Sequence record: DRR723986_1372
Strand: one strand, 5' to 3'
Length of the DNA stretch: 64,000 nt
Both the position numbers and the translations under genes were made by a program. Positions within the stretch are counted from its first letter, which is position 1; the number at the start of each line of letters is the position of its first letter. The notes under the pieces were generated by a model. That model did not search any database and had not been told where the DNA came from. It saw only the letters and a program-made list of their open reading frames with translations. This document shows positions 41,347-50,690 of the stretch, one piece after another.

Positions 41347-42177
41347 TCAAACCAGCGAGAGCCGTTCTTTCCACAACTTCATAGGCGCATCCATATTGGT
41401 TTGCATGGGATGAAAGCCTGGTTTGTAAAATTTCAACAAGTCCGGAATCATCTTGCGGAATACGCCTTTGCGGCCGAAATACAGGTCGGTGAATTTCATC
41501 CATGATTTAAGGTTGTACAGCTCACCGTCCTGTTTCATGCAACTCAACATGGCGGCCAGCACCACCGGGCCAATGCCAATCGATACGATTGTCATTGCAA
41601 TTGCGCGTTGTGAGTACGAGCCGCCAATGGCCAAATGCGTATCGAAAGCCACCGCTCTGTGCTCGCTTTCTTCCATGGCATGCCAATAAATCAAATTCTT
41701 GATGGTTGGGTCGATAATCATGTTGTGAAATTCTTCACTTTTCATGATGTGTTCAGCGATCACGGCCGTGTAATGCTCAACCGCTGCGGTACCCGCCAGG
41801 CGTGCCTTGACGGACAGCAGTTTGTTCAGCTTACTGCGTGCCCAGCGAGTGCGTGCATCCCAAACATTCACGTTGATGCCCTGGCGTTTCAATTCTGCAT
41901 TGGCTTGAAGATGCTCTTTGCCATGCATGGCTTCCTGCCCAATAAATGCGCTGATTTCCCGCAATAGGGCTTCATCTTTCACCCATTTTTTTGCATCTCG
42001 CACAGAATCTACAAAAAATTGTTCGCCTTCGGGAAAATAGGCCTGAAAAGCCGTCCAGACGTGGCTGCTGGCAGGGTCATTGTTGACAAAATGGCGATTG
42101 ATATTCGAAAAATCAAAATCCATTCGACGAACCGGAAAGCTGGAACCTTTCTGGTGAATTGAAACGGGTGTGCGCAT
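41347..42177 (-). CDS. Metal-dependent hydrolase (ferritin-like predicted family)
   Basis: FPEGEQFF, FIGQEAMH..EH, EHYTA, WHAMEESEHR.VAFD, PGFHP. Confidence 0.85.
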   Translation of the reverse strand: MRTPVSIHQKGSSFPVRRMDFDFSNINRHFVNNDPASSHVWTAFQAYFPEGEQFFVDSVRDAKKWVKDEALLREISAFIGQEAMHGKEHLQANAELKRQGINVNVWDARTRWARSKLNKLLSVKARLAGTAAVEHYTAVIAEHIMKSEEFHNMIIDPTIKNLIYWHAMEESEHRAVAFDTHLAIGGSYSQRAIAMTIVSIGIGPVVLAAMLSCMKQDGELYNLKSWMKFTDLYFGRKGVFRKMIPDLLKFYKPGFHPMQTNMDAPMKLWKERLSLV

Positions 42178-42234
42178 GAAAGCCTCCACAGACTCATTTA
42201 CATCATTACCATCAATGACGTTGACAGTAGCTGA

Positions 42235-42246
42235 TGTAATATTACA
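42235..42246. promoter_or_regulatory. Palindromic candidate operator upstream of the hydrolase
   Basis: TGTAATATTACA plus nearby GATGTAA/TTACATC half-sites. Confidence 0.45.
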
Positions 42247-42287
42247 GATGTGGAATTAAAAGTAAAGCGATGTAATGACGTGCTTTA

Positions 42288-43097
42288 CTAGATCACTTCT
42301 TCGTCTTTCAAAATTCGCAGTTGCAATTCACGCCACACCCGCGTGCCGGTCTCGTCAAAGCGCAGCACGCTTTCAAAGAATTGTTGCCGTGCAGCAGCAT
42401 TGATCCACTCGGCAGGTAACAGTGGATCGCGGCGTACTTCATAAATGGCTTGACTACCCACCAGGTAGGCGTCTCGGGCCGCTTTCTCCAGTTTCATGCG
42501 GGAATAGCCCTGCATCCAGTCATTCAACTTTTTGGTGTGACTTAAATACAGTTTTTCGAGCTTTCGGATGTCCCATAATTTTTGAATCGAGACGATTTGA
42601 GAAGGGGTGACGGGTTTCATTTCAAAAGCAAGAATGTTTTTCTCGACTCCCTGAGCCAGCAGTTTTTCCTGCAGGCCAGCAAGGCCCAGATTCAGGTTCG
42701 CCGGCCGCAAGAAAAGGCCTTGCTCAAACTCCCGAAAGCCCTGCAGTGCAAGTGCCTTCTCGCGAAGTTGCAGCTGTTTGCGATTGCTGCGACCAAGATG
42801 GGCTGTAAATACCGCGTAAAAATTTCCATTCCAGTCGCAGGTCGCTGTAAGCCTGTTACTCCACCCTTGAATGTCTTGACCCGTGAAGGCCGCCTGCCTA
42901 CCCAGGGTGTAAACGCCCCGGCCTGCCGATTTCAATTGCCCTTCAGCAACCAAGCGGGCCATTGCCACCCTTGCACTGTTTTCTGAGACGCCAAACAGGC
43001 TGCAAGCCAGCACAATGTGAGCGGCCTTCACTTGGCGACCCTTGCCAGCCAACATCAGGCCGAGAATTAATTGTTTTGGGGAAGCGTTTGTTTTCAC
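42288..43097 (-). CDS. PaaX family transcriptional regulator
   Basis: FGVSENSARVAMARL..EG winged helix; WNG; DPLLPAEW. Confidence 0.82.
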   Translation of the reverse strand: MKTNASPKQLILGLMLAGKGRQVKAAHIVLACSLFGVSENSARVAMARLVAEGQLKSAGRGVYTLGRQAAFTGQDIQGWSNRLTATCDWNGNFYAVFTAHLGRSNRKQLQLREKALALQGFREFEQGLFLRPANLNLGLAGLQEKLLAQGVEKNILAFEMKPVTPSQIVSIQKLWDIRKLEKLYLSHTKKLNDWMQGYSRMKLEKAARDAYLVGSQAIYEVRRDPLLPAEWINAAARQQFFESVLRFDETGTRVWRELQLRILKDEEVI

Positions 43098-43251
43098 GGG
43101 AGTTTTTAATAAATTGGAGGTAATAGTCTAACTTGTTGCAGGGCAGGGTGGTGGGGTCACCCTGCTGCCTGCTGCAAATTCGATATATTGAAGAAAATAA
43201 CAAAAACAGCGTAAATTGCATTGCGCTGTAACATTCGGAGACCCTGCAACC

Positions 43252-44163
43252 ATGAACCCGATTCAGTTTGTGGCCGAGAAAGCTGTTCGTGCAACGCTGC
43301 GCAGCACTTTCAAAGCGCCCGGTAAACTTCCAATTCCGCTCAGTTGGCTGGCGGCTACCATGAACGCTGGGGCACCACTGTTCAAGGTTCGACCCGATGC
43401 CAGGGTCGAGTATCTTGAATTGGGCACCTGCATGTGTGCGCTCGTTCGCCCAGCTGATTCGCACACCGACCAGGTGTTATTGCACATGCATGGCGGAGCG
43501 TTTTTTGCCGGTTCGCTTGAAACGCATTTACCCCTGGCCAGTGAACTTGCTGTGCGTTGCAATGCCCGGGTGTTCCTGGTTGATTACCGGTTGGCACCGC
43601 AGGATCCTTATCCGGCGGCGCTTGAAGATGGCATGGCTGCCTATCAGGCCTTACTGGATCTCGATGTCAATCCAAAAAACATCACTTTGGTTGGAGACTC
43701 TGCTGGCGCAGCTCACATCTTGTCCATGGCCATTTATGCGCGCAACGAAGGTCTTCCCCTGCCTGCAGGTTTGGTGATGATTTCTCCTTTTGTCGACATG
43801 ACATTGACAGCCGCCTCCATTCAAGCCAAGGCCAAGGCCGATCCCATGTTGAGTGTGGTGCCATTACAGCGCGGGGTCACTGCTTATTGCGGCGACGTGC
43901 TGCCTGCGGACCCCAAAGTGTCGCCTGTATTTGCTGACCTTGAGGATTTGCCACCCTTGTTCATTCAGGTGGGCAGTGATGAAATTTTGCTGGACGATGC
44001 CTTGTTGCTCGAACAACGCGCCAAGGCTGCAGGTGTGCAAGTAAGCTGCACAGTGCACGAGGGTATGTGGCACAACTTTCAAATGTTCAATGCCTTTGTT
44101 GAACAAGCCGACAAGGCCTTGTGGGCAATCGCCGATTTTGTACGAAGAGGGGAACAGGAATGA
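43252..44163 (+). CDS. HSL-family alpha/beta hydrolase (esterase)
   Basis: HGGAF, DYRLAP, GDSAGA, DEILLDD, GMWH. Confidence 0.9.
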   Translation: MNPIQFVAEKAVRATLRSTFKAPGKLPIPLSWLAATMNAGAPLFKVRPDARVEYLELGTCMCALVRPADSHTDQVLLHMHGGAFFAGSLETHLPLASELAVRCNARVFLVDYRLAPQDPYPAALEDGMAAYQALLDLDVNPKNITLVGDSAGAAHILSMAIYARNEGLPLPAGLVMISPFVDMTLTAASIQAKAKADPMLSVVPLQRGVTAYCGDVLPADPKVSPVFADLEDLPPLFIQVGSDEILLDDALLLEQRAKAAGVQVSCTVHEGMWHNFQMFNAFVEQADKALWAIADFVRRGEQE

Positions 44164-44939
44164 AGCAATGGGCATTGGTAACAGGCGCATCGTCTGGCAT
44201 TGGTTTGCATTTGGCAGAGTGTTTTGCGAAGGATGGAGTTTCCCTGGTGCTCAGCGCACGCAATGAAGCCAAGCTCACTGAGCTGGCCGCTGACTACATG
44301 GGCAAATACAAAGTGGATGTCATTGTGATTGGATCGGACCTGTCCAAGCCCAACGCGGCCAGCGAGCTTGTAGCCAAAGTCAAGGCGCACAGCATTGAGC
44401 TCAGTTATCTGGTTAACAACGCAGGCGTGGGCACTTACGGTTTGTTCAAGGACACGCCAGTCGAGGACACCACCAGTATGCTGCGCCTCAATATGGAAGC
44501 ACTCACTGTGCTTTGCAGTGGCTTTATGCCCGATTTGCTGAAGACACGAGGAAAGATCCTCAATGTGGCTTCTACGGCAGCATTTCAACCCGGCCCGTAC
44601 ATGGCGGCCTACTATGCGACCAAGGCCTATGTGCTCAGCTTTAGTGAAGCGCTTGCCGAGGAGCTGGTCGACAGTGGCGTTGCTGTGTGTACCTTGTGCC
44701 CCGGCCCCACTGCATCGGGATTTCAGGCCGAAGCAAACATGCAGAAATCCGCCTTGGTGCAAGGCAAGCGCATGCCAAGCTCAGAAGATGTTGCCGTCAA
44801 AGGTTACGCCGCAATGAAGCGAAACCAGCGTGTTTACATTCACGGTGCACTGAACTGGACCATGGCACAAAGCATCCGCTTCACGCCACGTAGCTGGGCG
44901 ACCAAAGTGGTGAAGTTTATTTCAAAGCCTGTGGCATAA
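44160..44939 (+). CDS. SDR family oxidoreductase
   Basis: TGASSGIG, NNAG, YYATK, LCPGPT. Confidence 0.9.
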   Translation: MKQWALVTGASSGIGLHLAECFAKDGVSLVLSARNEAKLTELAADYMGKYKVDVIVIGSDLSKPNAASELVAKVKAHSIELSYLVNNAGVGTYGLFKDTPVEDTTSMLRLNMEALTVLCSGFMPDLLKTRGKILNVASTAAFQPGPYMAAYYATKAYVLSFSEALAEELVDSGVAVCTLCPGPTASGFQAEANMQKSALVQGKRMPSSEDVAVKGYAAMKRNQRVYIHGALNWTMAQSIRFTPRSWATKVVKFISKPVA

Positions 44940-44962
44940 ATGGAAGCCGGGGCAATTTATTC

Positions 44963-45805
44963 ATGAAACAGGAAACGCATTTGCTTCCGATGCGGGCTGG
45001 AGGCCAGGTGGCTTTGCACCGCTACAAGCCTGTAAACCCAACGGGTCTGCCTGTGGTGGTGGCGCATGGCACCTTGTCCAACCAATATGCGGTTGAGCAT
45101 TTGGGTTCCTTTCTTGCAGCTCAGGGGTTTGATACCTGGCTATTGGAGTGGGGTGGTCACGGGCAAGCCAAACCCGCCCACCGCACACAGAATTTTGAGT
45201 ATCCCGCCTTGAATGATTTACCCGCCGCGATCGACTTTGTTGTCCAACACACGGGCCACTCGCAATTGCATTGGACTTCTCACAGTGGCGGTGGTTTGCT
45301 GGCCTTGATGTTGCTGGCCCGGCAGCCCGAGCGTATTTCACAAATCAAGACACTGAGCCTGATTGGTGCGCAGGTCACCGATGCAGCGCCCAATTTCAGG
45401 GAAAAAATGCGGGTCGCTGCCTTGGGTGCATTGACCCGACTGTTGGGCCATACACCACGAAAACTGGTTCCCATTGGGCCCGAGGGGGAGCCCACTCTGT
45501 TGTTATTGCAGTGGTGCAAATGGAACTTGAGTGGCCGGTGGAAAGGTGCCGATGGTTTCGATTACCTGGCAGCATTGGCAAACGTCAATGTACCCGCATT
45601 GGTGATTGCAGGCGGGCGTGACGAAGTTGCACCCCCCAAGGGCTGTCGACGAATTTATGAGGCTTTGGGGGGTCCAAAAACCTGGCATGAATGCACAGTC
45701 GAGCAAGGGTTCAGCAAAGATTTTTCCCACAGTCAAATGATTCGCGGCGAAGCGGCGAAGACCGAGGTGTTCCCGTTGCTTCAGCGATTCATTCAAGCTG
45801 CTTGA
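44963..45805 (+). CDS. Alpha/beta hydrolase
   Basis: AHG, SHSGGG nucleophile elbow, GGRD, FSH. Confidence 0.8.
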   Translation: MKQETHLLPMRAGGQVALHRYKPVNPTGLPVVVAHGTLSNQYAVEHLGSFLAAQGFDTWLLEWGGHGQAKPAHRTQNFEYPALNDLPAAIDFVVQHTGHSQLHWTSHSGGGLLALMLLARQPERISQIKTLSLIGAQVTDAAPNFREKMRVAALGALTRLLGHTPRKLVPIGPEGEPTLLLLQWCKWNLSGRWKGADGFDYLAALANVNVPALVIAGGRDEVAPPKGCRRIYEALGGPKTWHECTVEQGFSKDFSHSQMIRGEAAKTEVFPLLQRFIQAA

Positions 45806-45808
45806 CAC

Positions 45809-46492
45809 TCACTTTCTGATCAAAAATGTTTCAAAGTGTGCCGCGATACCGGGGTAGCTTTCTACTCGAAGATGGGGCGGCAATTTGCGCAGCGTGTGCT
45901 TGAACAAGGTGTGTAACACATTGATAACACCATTGATTGTTTTGCTGATCACAAAGTTGAAACCCATCAGGTCTTTGGGTGTATACACCAAGGGTACCAA
46001 TGCCGTTTCTATGGCTTCAATCAGCAGCTCAACACCTTCTTCAATGCGTGCACTGTCACGCTGAGCCAGTGCATTCATGACTTCGCTCGCTTTTTCCGAA
46101 TAAGTAGTCGTGACCGGAATCACGATGTAAGGATGCTCCTGACCATTCAGATTGAGCAAATGCACCATGTCGTGAAAATGGTGGATCACAGGCGGCACGC
46201 GTTTGTTGGCAATGAACTTGATGAGCCAGCCGATGTAATGTTGGGCTTCGCTTTGAACCTTGTGTATCACCTTCGACGCGTCTTGCAGCATTTTGTCGGG
46301 TTGGTTTTTGTTCAACTCATCAAGCAGATGGGTAAAGCAAGTGTCAAGCAGTTGCACATAGGTTTGCGCGAGCAGGTCAGCACCCAGCGCCTTGTCTTCA
46401 TCACTGATGGGTTTGGAAGCACGCTCGTGTAGCGACTTCATCTGTGAGTAAACATCTTCTCTGATTTGAACGGCGATGTAGGGTGTCTTCAT
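45809..46492 (-). CDS. Hypothetical protein (helical, possible internal duplication)
   Basis: 227-aa ORF filling the gap; no recognised motif. Confidence 0.7.
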   Translation of the reverse strand: MKTPYIAVQIREDVYSQMKSLHERASKPISDEDKALGADLLAQTYVQLLDTCFTHLLDELNKNQPDKMLQDASKVIHKVQSEAQHYIGWLIKFIANKRVPPVIHHFHDMVHLLNLNGQEHPYIVIPVTTTYSEKASEVMNALAQRDSARIEEGVELLIEAIETALVPLVYTPKDLMGFNFVISKTINGVINVLHTLFKHTLRKLPPHLRVESYPGIAAHFETFLIRK

Positions 46493-46539
46493 GTTTCTTC
46501 AGTAAGATCTCGATTCAGACAGTTTACGTTCAAGACCCC

Positions 46540-47436
46540 ATGCAATCGCAGCCCCCAACCGAATTCACTGACGAAATCAAATCGCTTTTTGTTGAAAAGA
46601 AGTTGGAGCAGGCACGCCAGCGTTTGCTGGAGACCTTAGACAATCGGTGGGATGGGCATTGCAATCTCATTGCGTTTACTTATTTGTATGCCGAGAACCG
46701 CACTGACGAGGATTGCAAGCGCGCACTGGAGTGGCTTAAACAGGGCGTGACCGCTGGTGAAGTAGATGCAAAGGTGATTTTGGGTCGCCTGTTGGTGTCG
46801 GGTGAACTGGGTAATCAGGATTTTCTGCGCGGCATGAACCTCTTGCAGGAAGCAGCGCATGCGAATGTTTTGATGGCTGTGTTGACACTGGTACAAATTT
46901 ATCAGGGTGGGGTTGAAGGGCATCTGGATGCCGATGTTCAACTAACCCGGCAATACTTGAAGCAAGCCGCTGACTTGGGCGACCCCAATTCCGCCTATCG
47001 ACTAGCGCTTGAGCTTGAGCGCTTGACAACACCCGACTTCGAGCAAGCTTTCAGATATTTTGACAAAGCGGCGCAGGGTGGTTTGTCCCAGGCCATGCAC
47101 AACGTGGGTGTTTATTACCTGCATGGCAAGGGGGCTGTAAAGAACACGACCCTGGCTTTGGCCTACTTGACCGAGGCGGCCAAGCTGGGATCACCCTTGT
47201 CGATGCTAAGCTTGTCCCTGTTGTATCTTGATGGGGTAGAGGTGCAGAAGGATCGCGGAGTGGCTTTAAGTTGGCTTTATATTTACCAAGTGCTTTTCCC
47301 TGAAACCGATATTCCTGACCAGCTTCAATTGCTGCTCGATGATGTGTCCAGCGAGGAAGAAAATTTTGCGCGCCAGGCTGCACAGAATTTTGTAAATCAT
47401 CAACTGAATAAATCCCCTAGCGGAACGCTGCACTAA
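46540..47436 (+). CDS. Sel1-like repeat protein
   Basis: Repeated A...G...A...LG/ Y..G.GV.KD patterns. Confidence 0.82.
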   Translation: MQSQPPTEFTDEIKSLFVEKKLEQARQRLLETLDNRWDGHCNLIAFTYLYAENRTDEDCKRALEWLKQGVTAGEVDAKVILGRLLVSGELGNQDFLRGMNLLQEAAHANVLMAVLTLVQIYQGGVEGHLDADVQLTRQYLKQAADLGDPNSAYRLALELERLTTPDFEQAFRYFDKAAQGGLSQAMHNVGVYYLHGKGAVKNTTLALAYLTEAAKLGSPLSMLSLSLLYLDGVEVQKDRGVALSWLYIYQVLFPETDIPDQLQLLLDDVSSEEENFARQAAQNFVNHQLNKSPSGTLH

Positions 47437-47487
47437 TCTGCAATACTTCACGCGGGAACTTTCCCATAACCACAAACGAGGACCGCC

Positions 47488-47616
47488 ATGACTGTTTGCC
47501 CGATTGCGATTGCTGTTGGTTGTCAAAAATGTCCTGCATTTAAAATTTGTCCTGCCAAGTCGATTCTGGGTGATCAGCCCAAAGCCAGCGACAAGCAGCC
47601 CGAAAAGAAACAGTAA
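47488..47616 (+). CDS. 42-aa Cys-rich small protein (absent from ORF track)
   Basis: RBS GAGGA; MTVCPIAIAVGCQKCPAFKICPAKSILGDQPKASDKQPEKKQ; followed by a terminator. Confidence 0.72.
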   Translation: MTVCPIAIAVGCQKCPAFKICPAKSILGDQPKASDKQPEKKQ

Positions 47617-47635
47617 GTTGCGATACTTTTTCTGA

Positions 47636-47664
47636 AAAACCCCGACCTGGTTCGGGGTTTTTTT
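47636..47664 (+). terminator. Rho-independent terminator
   Basis: AAAAACCCCGA-loop-TCGGGGTTTTTT. Confidence 0.85.
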
Positions 47665-47724
47665 ACGTCTGAATGTTCCTCGTTCAAGGGAACTATTCGT
47701 TCGATTTGTTAAAAAGTGTGTCGC

Positions 47725-47740
47725 AGGCACATTGCTTGCG
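47725..47740 (+). promoter_or_regulatory. Candidate sigma54 promoter
   Basis: AGGCAC-ATTGC-TTGC (GG-N10-GC). Confidence 0.5.
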
Positions 47741-47810
47741 TACTAAACTGGCAATTCGCCATTGCAGCACCAAATGGGCGCATCGCTTTTCACAACAAGG
47801 AGAACAATGC

Positions 47811-49154
47811 ATGGAAGCACTCACGCAGTTTGTTAATGCAATTAATGGCATCGTGTGGGGGCCTCCCATGCTGATTGCCATTCTGGGTACCGGTCTGTTT
47901 TTGCAGCTTCGTTTGAAATTGATGCCAATTTTCAAAATCGGCATGGGTTTCAAATGGGTGTTGAAAAGTAGAACACCCGAGGCTGGTGCCAAAGGTGACA
48001 TTACCCCTTATGCCGCGCTGATGACGGCACTGGCCGCTACTGTGGGTACCGGCAATATTGCGGGTGTGGCTACAGCCATCGCCTTGGGCGGTCCGGGTGC
48101 TTTGTTCTGGATGTGGATGACTGCGCTGGTGGGTATGGCCACCAAGTACGCTGAGGTGTTGCTGGCAGTCCATTATCGTGAAACTGATGCTCGTGGTCAG
48201 CAAGTGGGCGGTCCCATGTATGCGATAAAAAATGGTCTTGGCAAGAACTGGAAGTGGTTGGGCATTGCGTTTGCGCTGTTTGGTGGTCTGGCGGGCTTTG
48301 GTATTGGCAATATGGTTCAGTCCAACAGCGTTGCAGATGTGCTGAATGTGACTTTCGGCATCGACAAATGGATTTCCGGCATTGTGATGACGGTGCTGGT
48401 GGGTTTTGTGTTGATCGGTGGTGTGAAGCGAATTGGTGCAGTGGCGCAGAAAGTTGTTCCATTCATGTGCGTGGCCTACATCGTCGCTTCAGTCATTATT
48501 CTGGGCATGTATATTGATCAGGTTCCTGCCGCTTTCGCCCTGATCATTGAAAGTGCTTTCAACCCGGTTGCTGCCACTGGTGGTTTTGCCGGTGCAGCCA
48601 TCATGCTGGCCATTCGCTACGGCGTAGCACGGGGTATTTTCTCCAATGAGGCTGGTTTGGGCACTGCGGGTATCGCTCAGGCTGCGGGTCAAAGCAACAA
48701 TCCTGTTGAATCGGGCTTGGTGGGTATGATGGGTACATTCATCGACACCATTATTGTTTGTACCATGACGGGTCTGGTGATCGTGGTCACAGGCGTGTGG
48801 AGCAGTGGCCTGAATGGCGCTGCGCTGAGTTCCAGTGCCTACGCGGCAGGCTTGCCCGGTGTGGGTGAATATGTGTTGGCTTTGTCGCTGGCCTTCTTCG
48901 CATTCACGACAATTCTGGGTTGGTCGTACTTCGGTGAGAAGTGCTGGGAGTTCGTGGCTGGTACAGCCATCACCATGCCTTACCGTGTGTTGTGGACAGG
49001 TTTTGTCATGGTCGGTGCTGTGACTCAGCTTGACTTCGTGTGGTTGGTGGCCGATACCCTGAACGCCTTCATGGCCTTGCCCAACCTGATTTCCTTGTTG
49101 TTGCTATCGCCGGTCATCGTGAAGCTCACCAACGAATACTTCGCCAACAAGTAA
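47811..49154 (+). CDS. Alanine/glycine:cation symporter (AgcS/AlsT family)
   Basis: ATVGTGNIAGVA, GGPGALFWMW, GGPMY, FSNEAGLG, MALPNL; RBS AAGGAG. Confidence 0.93.
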   Translation: MEALTQFVNAINGIVWGPPMLIAILGTGLFLQLRLKLMPIFKIGMGFKWVLKSRTPEAGAKGDITPYAALMTALAATVGTGNIAGVATAIALGGPGALFWMWMTALVGMATKYAEVLLAVHYRETDARGQQVGGPMYAIKNGLGKNWKWLGIAFALFGGLAGFGIGNMVQSNSVADVLNVTFGIDKWISGIVMTVLVGFVLIGGVKRIGAVAQKVVPFMCVAYIVASVIILGMYIDQVPAAFALIIESAFNPVAATGGFAGAAIMLAIRYGVARGIFSNEAGLGTAGIAQAAGQSNNPVESGLVGMMGTFIDTIIVCTMTGLVIVVTGVWSSGLNGAALSSSAYAAGLPGVGEYVLALSLAFFAFTTILGWSYFGEKCWEFVAGTAITMPYRVLWTGFVMVGAVTQLDFVWLVADTLNAFMALPNLISLLLLSPVIVKLTNEYFANK

Positions 49155-49322
49155 TTTTTTTCTTCGAATCGGCAAGCCACAATCTGAGCGGTTTGCCGAT
49201 CAGACTTGAACCTGTTTCGAGTTTTTCACCAAGTTTTACCGATTGTTCCAGAGTTTGTCGCTATGATAGGTTCCCTTTCAACACGCACGTGCTTATTCAC
49301 AATATGACTCTGGGATGTACTC

Positions 49323-49853
49323 ATGGCCGGTGATACACGCTTGAACAAAATGAAACGCAGTTTTCTGGTGTTGTTGATGGCGCTCTGGCCTGGTGTCGTA
49401 TTTGCAGATTCCTCTTTGGACTCTTTGCCATACAAGCCCGAGGTGGAGCATTCGTATAGCAATGAAGTGCAAAATGCGCTCTTGGCCCATTATTCGAATT
49501 GGGCGGGTACTCGGCACAAATTGGGTGGTACAGGCGCAAATGGCGTCGACTGTTCCAGTTTTATTCAAACCTTGTTTCAAGACAAATTTCAGCTTCAATT
49601 GCCTCGCAGTTCACGCGAGCAAATGACCATGGGCGAGCGGGTCGATCTCACCGATTTGCGCTCGGGCGATCTTCTTTTTTTTCGCACTGGCCCCACACGC
49701 CGACATGTGGGTGTGTATGTGGGTGACAATCAGTTCATGCACGTGTCGACGCGCGCGGGTGTTGAAATTGCCAAGTTGCTCAGCCCTTACTGGCAACGTC
49801 ACTTTATTACCGCCCGCCGGGTGGGTTTGGGCGGTATTACACCTTCAAACTGA
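49323..49853 (+). CDS. NlpC/P60 family peptidoglycan endopeptidase (MepS-like)
   Basis: GVDCSSF, LPRSS..Q, GDLLFF, HVGVYVG, FMH. Confidence 0.9.
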   Translation: MAGDTRLNKMKRSFLVLLMALWPGVVFADSSLDSLPYKPEVEHSYSNEVQNALLAHYSNWAGTRHKLGGTGANGVDCSSFIQTLFQDKFQLQLPRSSREQMTMGERVDLTDLRSGDLLFFRTGPTRRHVGVYVGDNQFMHVSTRAGVEIAKLLSPYWQRHFITARRVGLGGITPSN

Positions 49854-50529
49854 ACGGCGTGAAGTTGGTGTTTCTGTCGTAATAATCTTCGTTTTCTGCG
49901 CGTTTCAGGCGAGCCACTACCCAGTAGGTCAGTGGTGTGGCCAGAATTTCCCAGCTGGTCTTCAATACATATTGCGTCAATGCCACGGTGATGATTTGAT
50001 CGGTGGTCATGATTCCCCAAAACGCAATCGTATAAAACAATCCGGAATCTACAAATTCACCCACCACAGTTGAGCCAATGGTGCGGGTCCACAGCCATTT
50101 GCCCTGAGTCCATATTTTCATTTTCGCCAGCACGAAGCTGTTGATAAAGCTGCCGCTCCAAAAGGCAATCAGCGAGGCCAGCACAATTCGCCAGGTGTTG
50201 CCAAACACACTTTCAACTGCAGCTTGTTTGTCGACCCAGAAAGAGGCTGCAGGAAGATTCACCACGGTGAATGCCATGAAAGATGCAAAGGCCAAGGCCC
50301 CGAAGCCAGCCCACACGGCTCGGCGGTCGCGGCCATATCCATACACCTCAGTCAGGATATCGCTGAATATGTAAGAAATGGGGAAAAACAACACACCCGC
50401 TGCAAAGGTAACTGTGCCAATCAAAGGCAAATCCAGTTCGGCAATTTTTGCGGGGCCGATCAGGTTGGAACACAGTAGCACGGCCACAAAGGCAACCAAG
50501 ACGAATTCGTAATATTTGTACTGACGCAT
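49837..50529 (-). CDS. yhhQ: Queuosine precursor transporter (YhhQ/VUT family)
   Basis: FFP.SY...DILTEVYG, RI..ASL.AF, RTIGST..G...DS. Confidence 0.88.
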   Translation of the reverse strand: MRQYKYYEFVLVAFVAVLLCSNLIGPAKIAELDLPLIGTVTFAAGVLFFPISYIFSDILTEVYGYGRDRRAVWAGFGALAFASFMAFTVVNLPAASFWVDKQAAVESVFGNTWRIVLASLIAFWSGSFINSFVLAKMKIWTQGKWLWTRTIGSTVVGEFVDSGLFYTIAFWGIMTTDQIITVALTQYVLKTSWEILATPLTYWVVARLKRAENEDYYDRNTNFTPFSLKV

Positions 50530-50690
50530 CCAAAACCCTGTTTATTGGTTAGTGACCTTAGAGAAAGGTTAATTGAGTAGTAATTGTGACGATAAATGTA
50601 ATCGTGTTAACAGTTATTGAACCCTATACTCGAAAGGAGTTGTTGTCAGTGTAGTTTTTGGAAGTACCAATTGGAAGTAAGGGAGTCAAC

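Noticed and set aside
47665-47810. Glycine riboswitch before the AgcS symporter
   Set aside because: Leader is short and lacks the conserved GGAGA...CCGAAG...CTCTCAGG core
49837-49853. 17-nt convergent overlap of NlpC/P60 and yhhQ
   Set aside because: Short tail-to-tail overlaps are common; no functional link evident
50594-50615. Zur/Fur-like box (AAATGTAATCGTGTTAACAG) upstream of DUF4331
   Set aside because: Spacing and several positions deviate from TGTTAT-N3-ATAACA
50530-50640. preQ1 riboswitch upstream of yhhQ
   Set aside because: No convincing P1 stem with A-rich tail on the minus strand; needs an Rfam/Infernal search
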